Source of the DNA: a virus
Lineage: Duplodnaviria; Caudoviricetes
Reading direction: 5' to 3' (one strand)
Length of the DNA stretch: 55,988 nt
IMG/VR virus record: IMGVR_UViG_3300025141_000115
Span: 1-55,988 of that record
How positions within the stretch are numbered: the first letter of the stretch is position 1; the number at the start of each line of letters is the position of its first letter. Under the pieces are notes generated by a model. The model saw only the letters and a list, made by a program, of their open reading frames with translations, was not told where the DNA came from and searched no databases. Below are positions 25,307 through 33,543 of the stretch, one piece after another. The position numbers were made by a program, and so were the translations under genes.

Positions 25307-26173
25307 ATGTTGAAAACTCTCGATTTGTTCAGTGGTATTGGTGGCTTCGCAGTTGGTCTTGAGGCCACCAATTTTTTTAAAACAACGTGCTTCGTGGAGC
25401 AGGAGCCGTATTGCCAAGCGGTTTTACGGCATCACTGGCCCGAAGTTCCAATTTTAGGAGATATAAAAAATGTCAAAAGATCCGACCTCCCCGACCCCGA
25501 CCCAGATGTCATTCTTGGAGGATTCCCCTGCCAGCCTTTCAGTCAAGCCGGACATCAAAAGGCCCAATCCGACTCCCGACATCTCTGGCCGGAAATGTTT
25601 AGGCTCATCAAAGAGTGTAGGCCGACTTGGGTTATTGGAGAAAACGTTATTGGAATCGTCAAATTGGGCTTGGACGAAGTACTCACTGACTTGGAGAACG
25701 AAGGCTACGCCACAAGGACGTTTAATATTCCAGCTTGCGCGGTTGGCGCCCCGCACCTCCGGCAAAGAGTCTGGATTATTGCACACTCCGACAGCAAAGG
25801 GGAACCAGATGGCTCCATCGATGCTAAAGCACAAGGGGAATTGGGCAACAGGGATACGGGAACGAGGCCAGAAGATGTGGCCGACCCCCAGAGTGAGCGA
25901 CACGGAAGGGGGAGTAGTGAAGAATGTGGAAATGAACAACGGATCATTCTCCCGAAGGAACAAGAAGGGGGAACGATGGGGAGTGAAGCTGAAGGATGCG
26001 GTGAACCATACCGACCCGAACAGTGGTGGGAGTTTGAACCCTCAGTGGGTCGCTTGGCTCATGGGGTACAAAACAGAGTATCTCAAATCCGTGCCTTGGG
26101 AAACTCAATCATCCCGCAAATCGCGAAGGAAATAGGTGATGCCATTAAAAAATCTGAAGAAAGCTTTTTATAA
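25307..26173 (+). CDS. C5 cytosine methyltransferase, alpha-type chain
   Basis: Motifs I LDLFSGIGG, IV GGFPCQPFS, VI GENV, VIII RQRVWI, X ALGNSIIP; motif IX not evident. Confidence 0.9.
   Translation: MLKTLDLFSGIGGFAVGLEATNFFKTTCFVEQEPYCQAVLRHHWPEVPILGDIKNVKRSDLPDPDPDVILGGFPCQPFSQAGHQKAQSDSRHLWPEMFRLIKECRPTWVIGENVIGIVKLGLDEVLTDLENEGYATRTFNIPACAVGAPHLRQRVWIIAHSDSKGEPDGSIDAKAQGELGNRDTGTRPEDVADPQSERHGRGSSEECGNEQRIILPKEQEGGTMGSEAEGCGEPYRPEQWWEFEPSVGRLAHGVQNRVSQIRALGNSIIPQIAKEIGDAIKKSEESFL
25470..26135 (+). CDS. Nested +1-frame MTase beta-type chain
   Basis: Own SD aggag at 25456-25460; LHTP/WPTP motifs and GSLNPQWVAWLMGY (motif IX-like). Confidence 0.7.
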   Translation: MSKDPTSPTPTQMSFLEDSPASLSVKPDIKRPNPTPDISGRKCLGSSKSVGRLGLLEKTLLESSNWAWTKYSLTWRTKATPQGRLIFQLARLAPRTSGKESGLLHTPTAKGNQMAPSMLKHKGNWATGIRERGQKMWPTPRVSDTEGGVVKNVEMNNGSFSRRNKKGERWGVKLKDAVNHTDPNSGGSLNPQWVAWLMGYKTEYLKSVPWETQSSRKSRRK

Positions 26174-26411
26174 GTTTCAGTTAAAATACCCGACCGGAAA
26201 GGATTTTAACCCGACTATCCGTAGGCTTATCGAACTTGTGAATAAATCTAAAATGAGTAGCTCACAAGTTTGTCTTAAAGCTGGAATAAACGTTAATACT
26301 ATAACGGGATGGAGGAACAATAGAAGAAATCCAAGTTTAGAAAATTTCCAGGCGGTGTTGAAAGTTTTAGGGTATAAATTAGTTATTAGATCAATTAACG
26401 CAAAGGATTAG
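26136..26411 (+). CDS. XRE-family HTH regulator
   Basis: VCLKAGINVNTITGWRNNRRNPSLENFQAVLKVLGYKL. Confidence 0.8.
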   Translation: MMPLKNLKKAFYKFQLKYPTGKDFNPTIRRLIELVNKSKMSSSQVCLKAGINVNTITGWRNNRRNPSLENFQAVLKVLGYKLVIRSINAKD

Positions 26412-26413
26412 TT

Positions 26414-26728
26414 ATGACCTCCAAACGGCAGCGGATGAAAAATCGAAGACATAATGTAACAAATATTATTGAGACAACCACGGACAAATATTATGTGTCT
26501 TTTGGCATTGATCCAGAAGCTTTAAACATCGGAGAAGTGTTTATAAGAGGATCAAAAATAGGGAGCGACATGGATATATTACTGGATGATGCTACTGTGG
26601 TATTATCTTTAGCTTTGCAATACGGAGTGCCTTTGGAACAATTGGTACACAGTCTCCATAGCGGTCGAGAGGGCGGGGGTGAGTCTATCTTGGCTAAAAC
26701 AATAGCTTTAATGAAGGAAAACTTATGA
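26414..26728 (+). CDS. Standalone TSCPD-like domain (class II RNR C-terminal)
   Basis: GEVFI.GSKIGSDMD...LSLALQYGVPLE. Confidence 0.7.
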   Translation: MTSKRQRMKNRRHNVTNIIETTTDKYYVSFGIDPEALNIGEVFIRGSKIGSDMDILLDDATVVLSLALQYGVPLEQLVHSLHSGREGGGESILAKTIALMKENL

Positions 26729-27006
26729 AGAAATTTTTAATTGGTTCGTTGGCAGTGATCTCTTTATCAGCCTGTTCTGCTGGGTGGCAACACGCTAACC
26801 ATAACGATGGTGGTTATGTTTGGGTTGGTTGTCATGTAATACATAAAAATCCTGTCAATTGTTATCCGGCTCCCGACAAGTGCGCCTATGCATTTGGACC
26901 GGAAGGTGATAAAAAGGTAGGACAGAAGATCTATTTTAAACAAGTCGATGCGTATGGGAAGGTCGGAACTCCTTTAACAGCCCGACCATGCCGGGAAGGT
27001 GAGTAA
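26725..27006 (+). CDS. Putative lipoprotein
   Basis: MKKFLIGSLAVISLSAC lipobox; Cys-rich mature part. Confidence 0.65.
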   Translation: MKKFLIGSLAVISLSACSAGWQHANHNDGGYVWVGCHVIHKNPVNCYPAPDKCAYAFGPEGDKKVGQKIYFKQVDAYGKVGTPLTARPCREGE

Positions 27007-27194
27007 TGAAACGTAGACAAAGCGATAAAGAATGGGATTACGATAAGATAGATGCCCAACGTAATGAGGAATGGAACGGTATCCATAAACTTATTACCGA
27101 TCATAAGGTTGAGAAACGTGTTACTGCGGAAGAAATAGCCAAGCGTAATGCTATTTTTTACAACCATGTTGAAATCAACAAGGAATATAAATGA
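27006..27194 (+). CDS. Hypothetical protein
   Basis: Coupled to both neighbours. Confidence 0.55.
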   Translation: MKRRQSDKEWDYDKIDAQRNEEWNGIHKLITDHKVEKRVTAEEIAKRNAIFYNHVEINKEYK

Positions 27195-27817
27195 TTGAGG
27201 CAGCAATTGTCTGTCTAGCTCTCAATCTCTATCATGAAGCTAGAGGTGAACCTGTAATAGGCCAAATTGCGGTATCTCAGGTCGTTTTAAACCGTGTCAA
27301 GGATAAAAGATATCCAAACACGGTATGTGGGGTGGTGCGCCAAGCAAGATACTCAAAAACCAGTAAGCTTCCCTTGCGTCATCAATGCCAATTTAGCTGG
27401 TTCTGTGATGGTAAATCTGATAAACCTAGGGATAAGCGAGCTTTTAAATGGTCTTATGATCTCTCGAAAAGAGTTCTATTGGGTGAGTTCAGCGATTTAG
27501 TTGGCGGTGCGACCCATTATCATTCTGTAAAAGTCAACCCCAATTGGGCTATAAAGAAGAAAAGAGTTACTAAAATAGGGGATCACATATTTCACAAATG
27601 GACAATGGACAATGGCACAGAAAAAACAAAAAATTCACCTACCAAAAAAGAGATCACGAAGAAGGAAACGGTTAAAACCGTTAAACATGAGGAAAAGATT
27701 GGGACCGAAATCAGGGTGGAGAGGTATGAAGAAAAGAAAGAGAGGTCAGGGTGCATAAAGAATGCAGATGGTGTGATATGCTGGTTGATGAGGAGAATTG
27801 TTTCGCGGATCCTATAG
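27191..27817 (+). CDS. Cell wall hydrolase, SleB/Hydrolase_2 family (long C-terminal read-through)
   Basis: CLALNLYHEARGEP, VVLNRV, CQFSWFCDG, GATHYH, IGDHIF. Confidence 0.9.
   Translation: MIEAAIVCLALNLYHEARGEPVIGQIAVSQVVLNRVKDKRYPNTVCGVVRQARYSKTSKLPLRHQCQFSWFCDGKSDKPRDKRAFKWSYDLSKRVLLGEFSDLVGGATHYHSVKVNPNWAIKKKRVTKIGDHIFHKWTMDNGTEKTKNSPTKKEITKKETVKTVKHEEKIGTEIRVERYEEKKERSGCIKNADGVICWLMRRIVSRIL
27612..27758 (+). CDS. Highly basic 48-aa protein, out of frame within SleB tail (not in ORF track)
   Basis: MAQKKQKIHLPKKRSRRRKRLKPLNMRKRLGPKSGWRGMKKRKRGQGA. Confidence 0.55.
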   Translation: MAQKKQKIHLPKKRSRRRKRLKPLNMRKRLGPKSGWRGMKKRKRGQGA

Positions 27818-27921
27818 TAGGAGGGGATTGGACTATTTGGATGTGTAGTTGCGGAAAATTTATACGCGATGATCAGTTATACGATAATCAGGACATTTCT
27901 TTAAGCGCATCCAGTTCATAA
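27751..27921 (+). CDS. Small zinc-binding protein (GTG start; not in ORF track)
   Basis: CRWC...CSCG; SD gagagg. Confidence 0.4.
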   Translation: MHKECRWCDMLVDEENCFADPIVGGDWTIWMCSCGKFIRDDQLYDNQDISLSASSS

Positions 27922-28130
27922 CCCATACACTTTAGAAGCTGTTCTATTTTATAAATGGATGGCTCTTTAATCTTGTTGCGTTCATAATTCTCAATGGTAC
28001 TCGTACCAACACCGGACAACATAGAAAGTTCTGGCCGTGTTAGACCAGATTCTTTCCTTATTGAGATTAATATTCCCGACCAATGATCCGGTAGTTTGTC
28101 CATATTCCAGTTTGTCATCTTTAGCATCAT
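27888..28130 (-). CDS. XRE-family HTH regulator
   Basis: IRKESGLTRPELSMLSGVGTSTIENYERNKIKEPS. Confidence 0.85.
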   Translation of the reverse strand: MMLKMTNWNMDKLPDHWSGILISIRKESGLTRPELSMLSGVGTSTIENYERNKIKEPSIYKIEQLLKCMGYELDALKEMS

Positions 28131-28174
28131 ACATTCATAGCATGAAACCTTTCAAGAAAACAATATGATAATGG

Positions 28175-28441
28175 CTAGTGTTGGGTTCCGTTCCCGCAGG
28201 AATGAAGCCATGACTCAAAAGTCAAAGACTCCTCCCCCGCTGCTATCCCCAGTGTAATAGTGAGAAGCTTGGACATAACAAAGCAAGCGTGTTGTACCCC
28301 CAAAGCTTCGCTTCCCTGTTCGAGAGCGACCCTGAAAAGAACAACGGCTCTTTCCTCTTGGGATAAAGTACTTGGGTGATTCATCACAAATTCTCTCGTA
28401 TTTTCGTAGAACTCTTCGTAAGCCTTTGCGTCATTTTCCAT
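28175..28441 (-). CDS. Hypothetical protein (probable start MENDAK)
   Basis: Overlaps end of RHH gene. Confidence 0.5.
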   Translation of the reverse strand: MENDAKAYEEFYENTREFVMNHPSTLSQEERAVVLFRVALEQGSEALGVQHACFVMSKLLTITLGIAAGEESLTFESWLHSCGNGTQH

Positions 28442-28619
28442 TACAATCAATCCCAAATGCACGCCACATTTCTTTGTCAGTAGGCATGTCTTCAACGAGA
28501 TCAACTAAGAACGCTATCTGCTGTGCAGGGGAGCGTTGGTTTTTCTCAGAAAGCTTCCATAGCTTTTCCCAAGTCGGAACGGGAACCGCTACACTTTTGT
28601 ATTTTCTTATATCAGGCAT
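28431..28619 (-). CDS. Ribbon-helix-helix DNA-binding protein
   Basis: KYKSVAVP..TWEKLWKLSEKNQRSPAQQIAFLV. Confidence 0.7.
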   Translation of the reverse strand: MPDIRKYKSVAVPVPTWEKLWKLSEKNQRSPAQQIAFLVDLVEDMPTDKEMWRAFGIDCNGK

Positions 28620-28678
28620 TTAATAATTCCTTCTAGTTAAGTTTAAGTTAGGTTAAGTTCAAGTTAAAAGTATTAGTT

Positions 28679-29281
28679 TTATACTCCTTTCAAATTTAAA
28701 CAGGTTTGTTCTTCGAGCTTCTCGAACCATCGTAACAACCTTGGTAGGTTCTTATCTGGTCCGAAAGCTAAGAAAGTACCATCACAGGAATCAGCCCCAA
28801 GTATAGATATTAGGCTCAATCTGCGATAACTGTTGACCCGACCAACGTGGAGCCATTTTCGGTTTCTTTTCGCTTCGCCCATAATATCTGCCGCCGACTG
28901 CGACAATTTCCACGTTGTTGTGCCTCCTATAAAGAGACAATCAAATTCCTCCCAAGGTAAATTCTTGGTCGCACCGTCCTGTGCAATAAAAGCAGATTTA
29001 TATCCAATGCTTCTAATTTTTGGTAGCAAGGGCAAAGATCTTTCTAATGTTTCTTTTGCGTTCCCGACAACATCTGGAGCGGTAGCAAACAGGCAAGTTT
29101 CCCTAGGAAATTTATCCAACCAATCCAGGTACTTATCATCGGAATACAAATCGGGTCTTGCAAAGCATCCGTTGTCCGCAGCCCAAACTTTATTGTTTCC
29201 AATAGCTTGCTTCCCGACATTAAAGCTCATCATTAACCCAATGTCGGGGTGCTCTACAGACTTACCGCTAAGATAGATCAT
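28679..29281 (-). CDS. TGT/DpdA-like base-exchange transglycosylase
   Basis: ADNGCF, APDVVG, FIAQDG, LFIGG, LHVGRVN, ADSCDGT; ATGA-coupled to VUT gene. Confidence 0.65.
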   Translation of the reverse strand: MIYLSGKSVEHPDIGLMMSFNVGKQAIGNNKVWAADNGCFARPDLYSDDKYLDWLDKFPRETCLFATAPDVVGNAKETLERSLPLLPKIRSIGYKSAFIAQDGATKNLPWEEFDCLFIGGTTTWKLSQSAADIMGEAKRNRKWLHVGRVNSYRRLSLISILGADSCDGTFLAFGPDKNLPRLLRWFEKLEEQTCLNLKGV

Positions 29282-29757
29282 CTTTTTTTGATCATCCACC
29301 ATACAACTAATGCGCCAGCCATCTTAGCTATTGTCATTAGTATTACATTTAAATAAGAAAAATGCCCTATCATGTATAAGAACACCGAACTATCAACGGG
29401 TGTTGCCGCCACACTTGATATAAGAACACGTTGATGGAAAGGTTGCCATGTCCAGCTATAAACAAGCCAATCAATCAATTCAGAAATAAAGAAAGCAACT
29501 ACCGAAGCTAAAGCAACATAGGGATCAGCCATCGCCCAAGATAAAAACCCAGCAAATAACATAGCAACAATAACACGATGCCCTATTTCTTTCTGTGCGT
29601 AATCTCGAGCAACAAATATTAAACCAACAACTAAAGACATTGGAGGAAACATTTCTCCAAACAAAGGAACCAGAGGTACAACTGTAAATCCAATATTAAC
29701 TAAAACAATTAGAACAATGTACCCAATAGTGTATTTATATTCCTTAACGTAATCCAT
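29278..29757 (-). CDS. YhhQ/VUT-family membrane transporter (queuosine-precursor uptake-like)
   Basis: Multi-TM; FVARDYAQ, ALASVVAFFISELIDWLVY, VDSSVFL. Confidence 0.8.
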   Translation of the reverse strand: MDYVKEYKYTIGYIVLIVLVNIGFTVVPLVPLFGEMFPPMSLVVGLIFVARDYAQKEIGHRVIVAMLFAGFLSWAMADPYVALASVVAFFISELIDWLVYSWTWQPFHQRVLISSVAATPVDSSVFLYMIGHFSYLNVILMTIAKMAGALVVWWMIKKR

Positions 29758-29770
29758 TTCTTTCTCCTTT

Positions 29771-30088
29771 TTAAAAGGGTATGCTATCGTAATCAATTCC
29801 ACCGGAAGAATAGAGGGCTACGTTACCAAAGTTATCGGGGGCGTAACCACCATCCAATACCCATTTTCCATCTTCTATCCGGCAATTTTTAAATATCTTA
29901 TCGCCCGCACAAGCGAGTAAATAACGTATTGTGTCAGGTAAATTATAATCTTCATCAAAATTGAATGAGTCTATTCTTAGGTCAATCGTAATAGAAGGGA
30001 AATCCTGAACTTCTTCCCAATCAGGATGAGGGGGTTCACCATCATCATTAGAATTTTTTCTAGGAACAAATTCCACAATATTATCCAT
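29771..30088 (-). CDS. Hypothetical acidic protein
   Basis: SD aaggag. Confidence 0.55.
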   Translation of the reverse strand: MDNIVEFVPRKNSNDDGEPPHPDWEEVQDFPSITIDLRIDSFNFDEDYNLPDTIRYLLACAGDKIFKNCRIEDGKWVLDGGYAPDNFGNVALYSSGGIDYDSIPF

Positions 30089-30099
30089 TTTATTCTCCT

Positions 30100-30264
30100 T
30101 TATTCATAAGCCTCGTTAATATCTTTGGTCTTAGGATCATCAGCCTTGTACCTACCCTTCTTAGTTCTGGAACGTTTCTTCTTTGTCTTGCGTTCAGGTT
30201 CAAATTCCAGCACAAAGAAACTGGCGCACAAGTCACGAAATGTTTTAACGTCTGAAAGTTTCAT
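30100..30264 (-). CDS. Small basic protein (54 aa; not in ORF track)
   Basis: ...RSRTKKGRYKADDPKTKDINEAYE; SD gaggag. Confidence 0.6.
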   Translation of the reverse strand: MKLSDVKTFRDLCASFFVLEFEPERKTKKKRSRTKKGRYKADDPKTKDINEAYE

Positions 30265-30276
30265 AATTAGTCTCCT

Positions 30277-31716
30277 CTATAAAAGCCATTGTTTAAATCC
30301 TTCGCCCATAACCTGGCTAGCGACATCCATCTTGCTACGCAGAGCTTTGACAATTCTTTCATCGATGGTCCCTTCTGCGATTAAATCTACATAAGTGACC
30401 GTGTTCCGTTGTCCAATCCTATGCGCCCGATCTTCACTTTGCATACGCACCGCCAGATCAAAGCTGTTAGAAAAATAAATCACGTTCTGGGCTGCCGTTA
30501 GAGTTAGCCCATAACCTCCGGTCTGTGGGTTCCCTATAAAGAATTGAGCATCCCCGTTCTGGAACCTCTCGACTGCCTTAACCCTTGCTTCATCGGAAGT
30601 GTCTCCAAAGTAATCTACGGCTGTCCCAGATCCATAAACTTTATTTAATTCTTTTGTTATGCGTTGAACGTCATAACGGAACCTCGACCATATTATTGAC
30701 TTGCCGTCCATCTCTTCTAGGCATTGCATAAGTTCTTTTATACGATTGTCCTCAATCTCAATTAACTCCCCATAATCCGATTTAGTATGTCCGGAGAGAA
30801 CCTGTTGCATCCTGAGTAACTGAGTCATCACGTTTGGAGCGGTCATAAACTCATCATCGTTTATGTTGGCTAACGCAAACTCTTTTAGTTCTCTGTAGAT
30901 ACGATCCTGTTCAGGTGTTAAGGAAACAGCCCTCTGTGTGTAGACTTTTTCAGGAAGATCAAGGCATTCCTCTTTTGTTATTCTTGAAGAAAAAGTTTTC
31001 AAAAGAGTCGATAGATCTTCTAAGTTTCTATACCCAACTACTAAATTAAAAGAATGACTACCCACAGTTCTTTTTTTCATGATGCTATATCGGTATTGAA
31101 ACTGAAAATAATTATTACCGCAGTCTCCCAATAAATTTTCATCCATAAAATTACACTGCGCCCATAAATCTAAAGGCGATTGGGTAACAGGAAACCCCGT
31201 TAATATTCTACGGTACTTCGCAAGCTTGCCTATTTTTATAAGAGCCTTAGTTCTTCGAGCTTTCGGGCTTTTAATAGCCGTTGACTCATCTACCGCTAGG
31301 AGGGACGTAGAAGCCTTCAGGAGCGACTCTAAATATTTCTTACCTTTGTCAGTGGACAATGCTTCAACGTTCATTAGGAACACTCTGAAGACCTCTGAGG
31401 GGGTTAGAAAACCATTTAACTTCTCTTTATTAGACTTTGTACTGGCAGGACTCCATACCGCAACATCCTTCTGTATACGATCTGGAAGATGAGCCGGTAT
31501 TTCCAAGTTTGCCCAATTCCGAAAGACACCTTTAGGGGCTATTACTATAAAAGTGTCGATCTCATTTTTCTCATAAAGAATAGCAGCGTTGTCGATACAA
31601 ACTTTAGATTTCCCTGTACCCATCTCCATAAGAAATGCCCAGTTGACTTTGTTCCAACATCGTTTAAGAACATCATCTTGGTGTTGGTACGGTTTTGTTT
31701 TATATTCATATGCCAT
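30277..31716 (-). CDS. SNF2-family helicase
   Basis: MEMGTGKS, VDEST, LTGFP, QSEDRAHRIGQ. Confidence 0.92.
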   Translation of the reverse strand: MAYEYKTKPYQHQDDVLKRCWNKVNWAFLMEMGTGKSKVCIDNAAILYEKNEIDTFIVIAPKGVFRNWANLEIPAHLPDRIQKDVAVWSPASTKSNKEKLNGFLTPSEVFRVFLMNVEALSTDKGKKYLESLLKASTSLLAVDESTAIKSPKARRTKALIKIGKLAKYRRILTGFPVTQSPLDLWAQCNFMDENLLGDCGNNYFQFQYRYSIMKKRTVGSHSFNLVVGYRNLEDLSTLLKTFSSRITKEECLDLPEKVYTQRAVSLTPEQDRIYRELKEFALANINDDEFMTAPNVMTQLLRMQQVLSGHTKSDYGELIEIEDNRIKELMQCLEEMDGKSIIWSRFRYDVQRITKELNKVYGSGTAVDYFGDTSDEARVKAVERFQNGDAQFFIGNPQTGGYGLTLTAAQNVIYFSNSFDLAVRMQSEDRAHRIGQRNTVTYVDLIAEGTIDERIVKALRSKMDVASQVMGEGFKQWLL

Positions 31717-31727
31717 GATCGATGGAT

Positions 31728-31777
31728 ATTATAGTCCATCATTTAATATTTGCAATATAAAATTTACATGTTATAGT
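31728..31777. promoter_or_regulatory. Divergent promoters sharing one palindromic -35 (TTGCAA)
   Basis: +: TTGCAA-16-TATAGT; -: TTGCAA-16-TATAAT. Confidence 0.6.
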
Positions 31778-31799
31778 GTTTTTCAGAAAGGAGAGAATA

Positions 31800-32123
31800 A
31801 TGGCTGTTTACGTTACGCAAGAAAATCCTCGAGTTGATATCTTATCAGCTAACAAGTGGGGTGATCTTGTTCCTCTTGCATCTCCTTTCGATCAGATTCA
31901 CATAAATCCTGGACGCATAGTTTCTCAATTACGGAGAAAGCTAAAGGGCTTTAGTGATGAAGATTGGTTATTAGCAATGGGGGATCCAGCCATCATCGGT
32001 GTTGCATTCGCAATTGCCGCAGACGCTAACCGTGGGCGTGTCGGCTTATTGAAATGGGATAAGATCGAGAAATCTTATTACCCCGTTAAGATAAGTGTTC
32101 GCGGTGGCATTACAGAACTTTAA
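31800..32123 (+). CDS. Conserved replication-module hypothetical protein
   Basis: VYVTQE, DWLLAMGDP, LLKWD; SD gaaaggag. Confidence 0.7.
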   Translation: MAVYVTQENPRVDILSANKWGDLVPLASPFDQIHINPGRIVSQLRRKLKGFSDEDWLLAMGDPAIIGVAFAIAADANRGRVGLLKWDKIEKSYYPVKISVRGGITEL

Positions 32124-32144
32124 CCCTGAAGAGGAGATACTTTA

Positions 32145-32714
32145 ATGACTGACGAAGATGTATGGAGTGCGATTGACGCTGATGCAAGTCTCTTTGAAGG
32201 TCTTACAACGGAAGGGGGTGGGGAATTAAGTGACCTCATTCGCCAAGTTGTAGGAGTGGAGAAGACAGTTGCAAAAGTTGAAGAAGAACTGAAGAGTCTA
32301 AAGAAAAGACGCGACAGTTATCTATTCGACCTAATTCCTGCAAAGATGCAAGAGGTCGGAATGGACAAGGTAGTTGTAGAAGGACACACTGTTAGTCTTT
32401 CTACATTTGTTTCTGGCACGTTGCCAAAAGACCCTATTCAAAGGGATGTAGCTTTTTCACATCTTAGAGAGATTGGTTGTTCTGATTTTATAAAGAACGA
32501 AGTGAAAGTTTCGTTTGGAATAAAGGAAGACAATATAGCTAAGAGTGTTCAGGCTGATCTTGAAGAGCAAGGTCATGACACAACAGCCAAGACATGGGTT
32601 GAACCTATGACGCTCAAAAAGTTGTTACGTGAGCGTGTAGAGAACAACGAAGAAATCGACCTTGAAATTTTTAACGCACATATTGGAACCGTAGCCAAGA
32701 TAAAAGGAGCATAA
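32145..32714 (+). CDS. Conserved replication-module protein (coiled coil)
   Basis: IPAKMQEVG...FIKNEV...VEPMTLK. Confidence 0.7.
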   Translation: MTDEDVWSAIDADASLFEGLTTEGGGELSDLIRQVVGVEKTVAKVEEELKSLKKRRDSYLFDLIPAKMQEVGMDKVVVEGHTVSLSTFVSGTLPKDPIQRDVAFSHLREIGCSDFIKNEVKVSFGIKEDNIAKSVQADLEEQGHDTTAKTWVEPMTLKKLLRERVENNEEIDLEIFNAHIGTVAKIKGA

Positions 32715-32718
32715 AATC

Positions 32719-33498
32719 ATGACTGCAACAAAAAAAGAAACGTTACCTGCCGAACTAGACGCATTATTTGCGGAAGACTCTGGAAAAGGTTTTGAGGAAG
32801 TTACCTCTGCTGACATCCAGATACCTTTTTTAAGAATAATACAACAAATGTCTCCACAGATTAATAAGAAAGAAGCTGGCTTTATTGAAGGGGCTTCTGG
32901 TGGTGACATCTTTAACACTGTGACCAACAAGTATTGGGACGGTGAAGAGGGTGTTGTAGTAATTCCTGTTTACTTCCAGATGAAATGTTTGGAGTTTGTG
33001 CCAAGAGATCAAGGTGGTGGTTTCGTAGGCGAGTTGTCGGCTTCCTCAAAGGAAGTGGCAAGCGCAGAACGTAATCATGAAACGGGAATGGAAATGCTTT
33101 CCAGTGGGAACGAACTTGTTCGTACTGCTCAGTATTACATTAAGATTGTTCATGAGGATGGAACGTTAGAAAATGCAATTGTGGACATGAAGAAAACACA
33201 ATTGAAAAAGTCTCGACTTTGGATGTCTATGCAGATGATGCAGAAACGTAACGGTATAACCTTACCCTCTTACGCCTGTACTTATCGTTTGAAGACTGTT
33301 GAGGACGGGAATGATAAAGGAAGCTGGAATACTTGGTCGATAGCCCATGAGGGGATGATCCCAAGTGTAGAAGCTTATAACGATTGCAAAGAACTACATG
33401 GAAGTATCTCCAGTGGTGCATTGCAGATAGCTCCTCCCCCAAGTGATGAGTTATTAGAGAGTCCGAAGACTTCTTCTGAAGACGATATTCCGTTTTAA
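32719..33498 (+). CDS. Putative ssDNA-binding/annealing protein
   Basis: IPFLRIIQ.MSPQ, MKKTQLKKSR.W, acidic DDIPF C-terminus. Confidence 0.75.
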   Translation: MTATKKETLPAELDALFAEDSGKGFEEVTSADIQIPFLRIIQQMSPQINKKEAGFIEGASGGDIFNTVTNKYWDGEEGVVVIPVYFQMKCLEFVPRDQGGGFVGELSASSKEVASAERNHETGMEMLSSGNELVRTAQYYIKIVHEDGTLENAIVDMKKTQLKKSRLWMSMQMMQKRNGITLPSYACTYRLKTVEDGNDKGSWNTWSIAHEGMIPSVEAYNDCKELHGSISSGALQIAPPPSDELLESPKTSSEDDIPF

Positions 33499-33505
33499 AT
33501 AGGGG

Positions 33506-33542
33506 AACGCCCCTATCTTATGTGAGGTAGGGGCGTATTTTT
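33506..33542 (+). terminator. Terminator-like hairpin
   Basis: acgcccctat...gtaggggcgt + ttttt. Confidence 0.65.
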
Positions 33543-33543
33543 G

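Noticed and set aside
25489-25505. Additional CCCGA cluster
   Set aside because: Only 2-3 units encoding PDPDP, lacks palindrome and shared boxes
25454-25963. Third (antisense) ORF in the MTase
   Set aside because: No SD or motifs; likely a by-product of double-coding constraints
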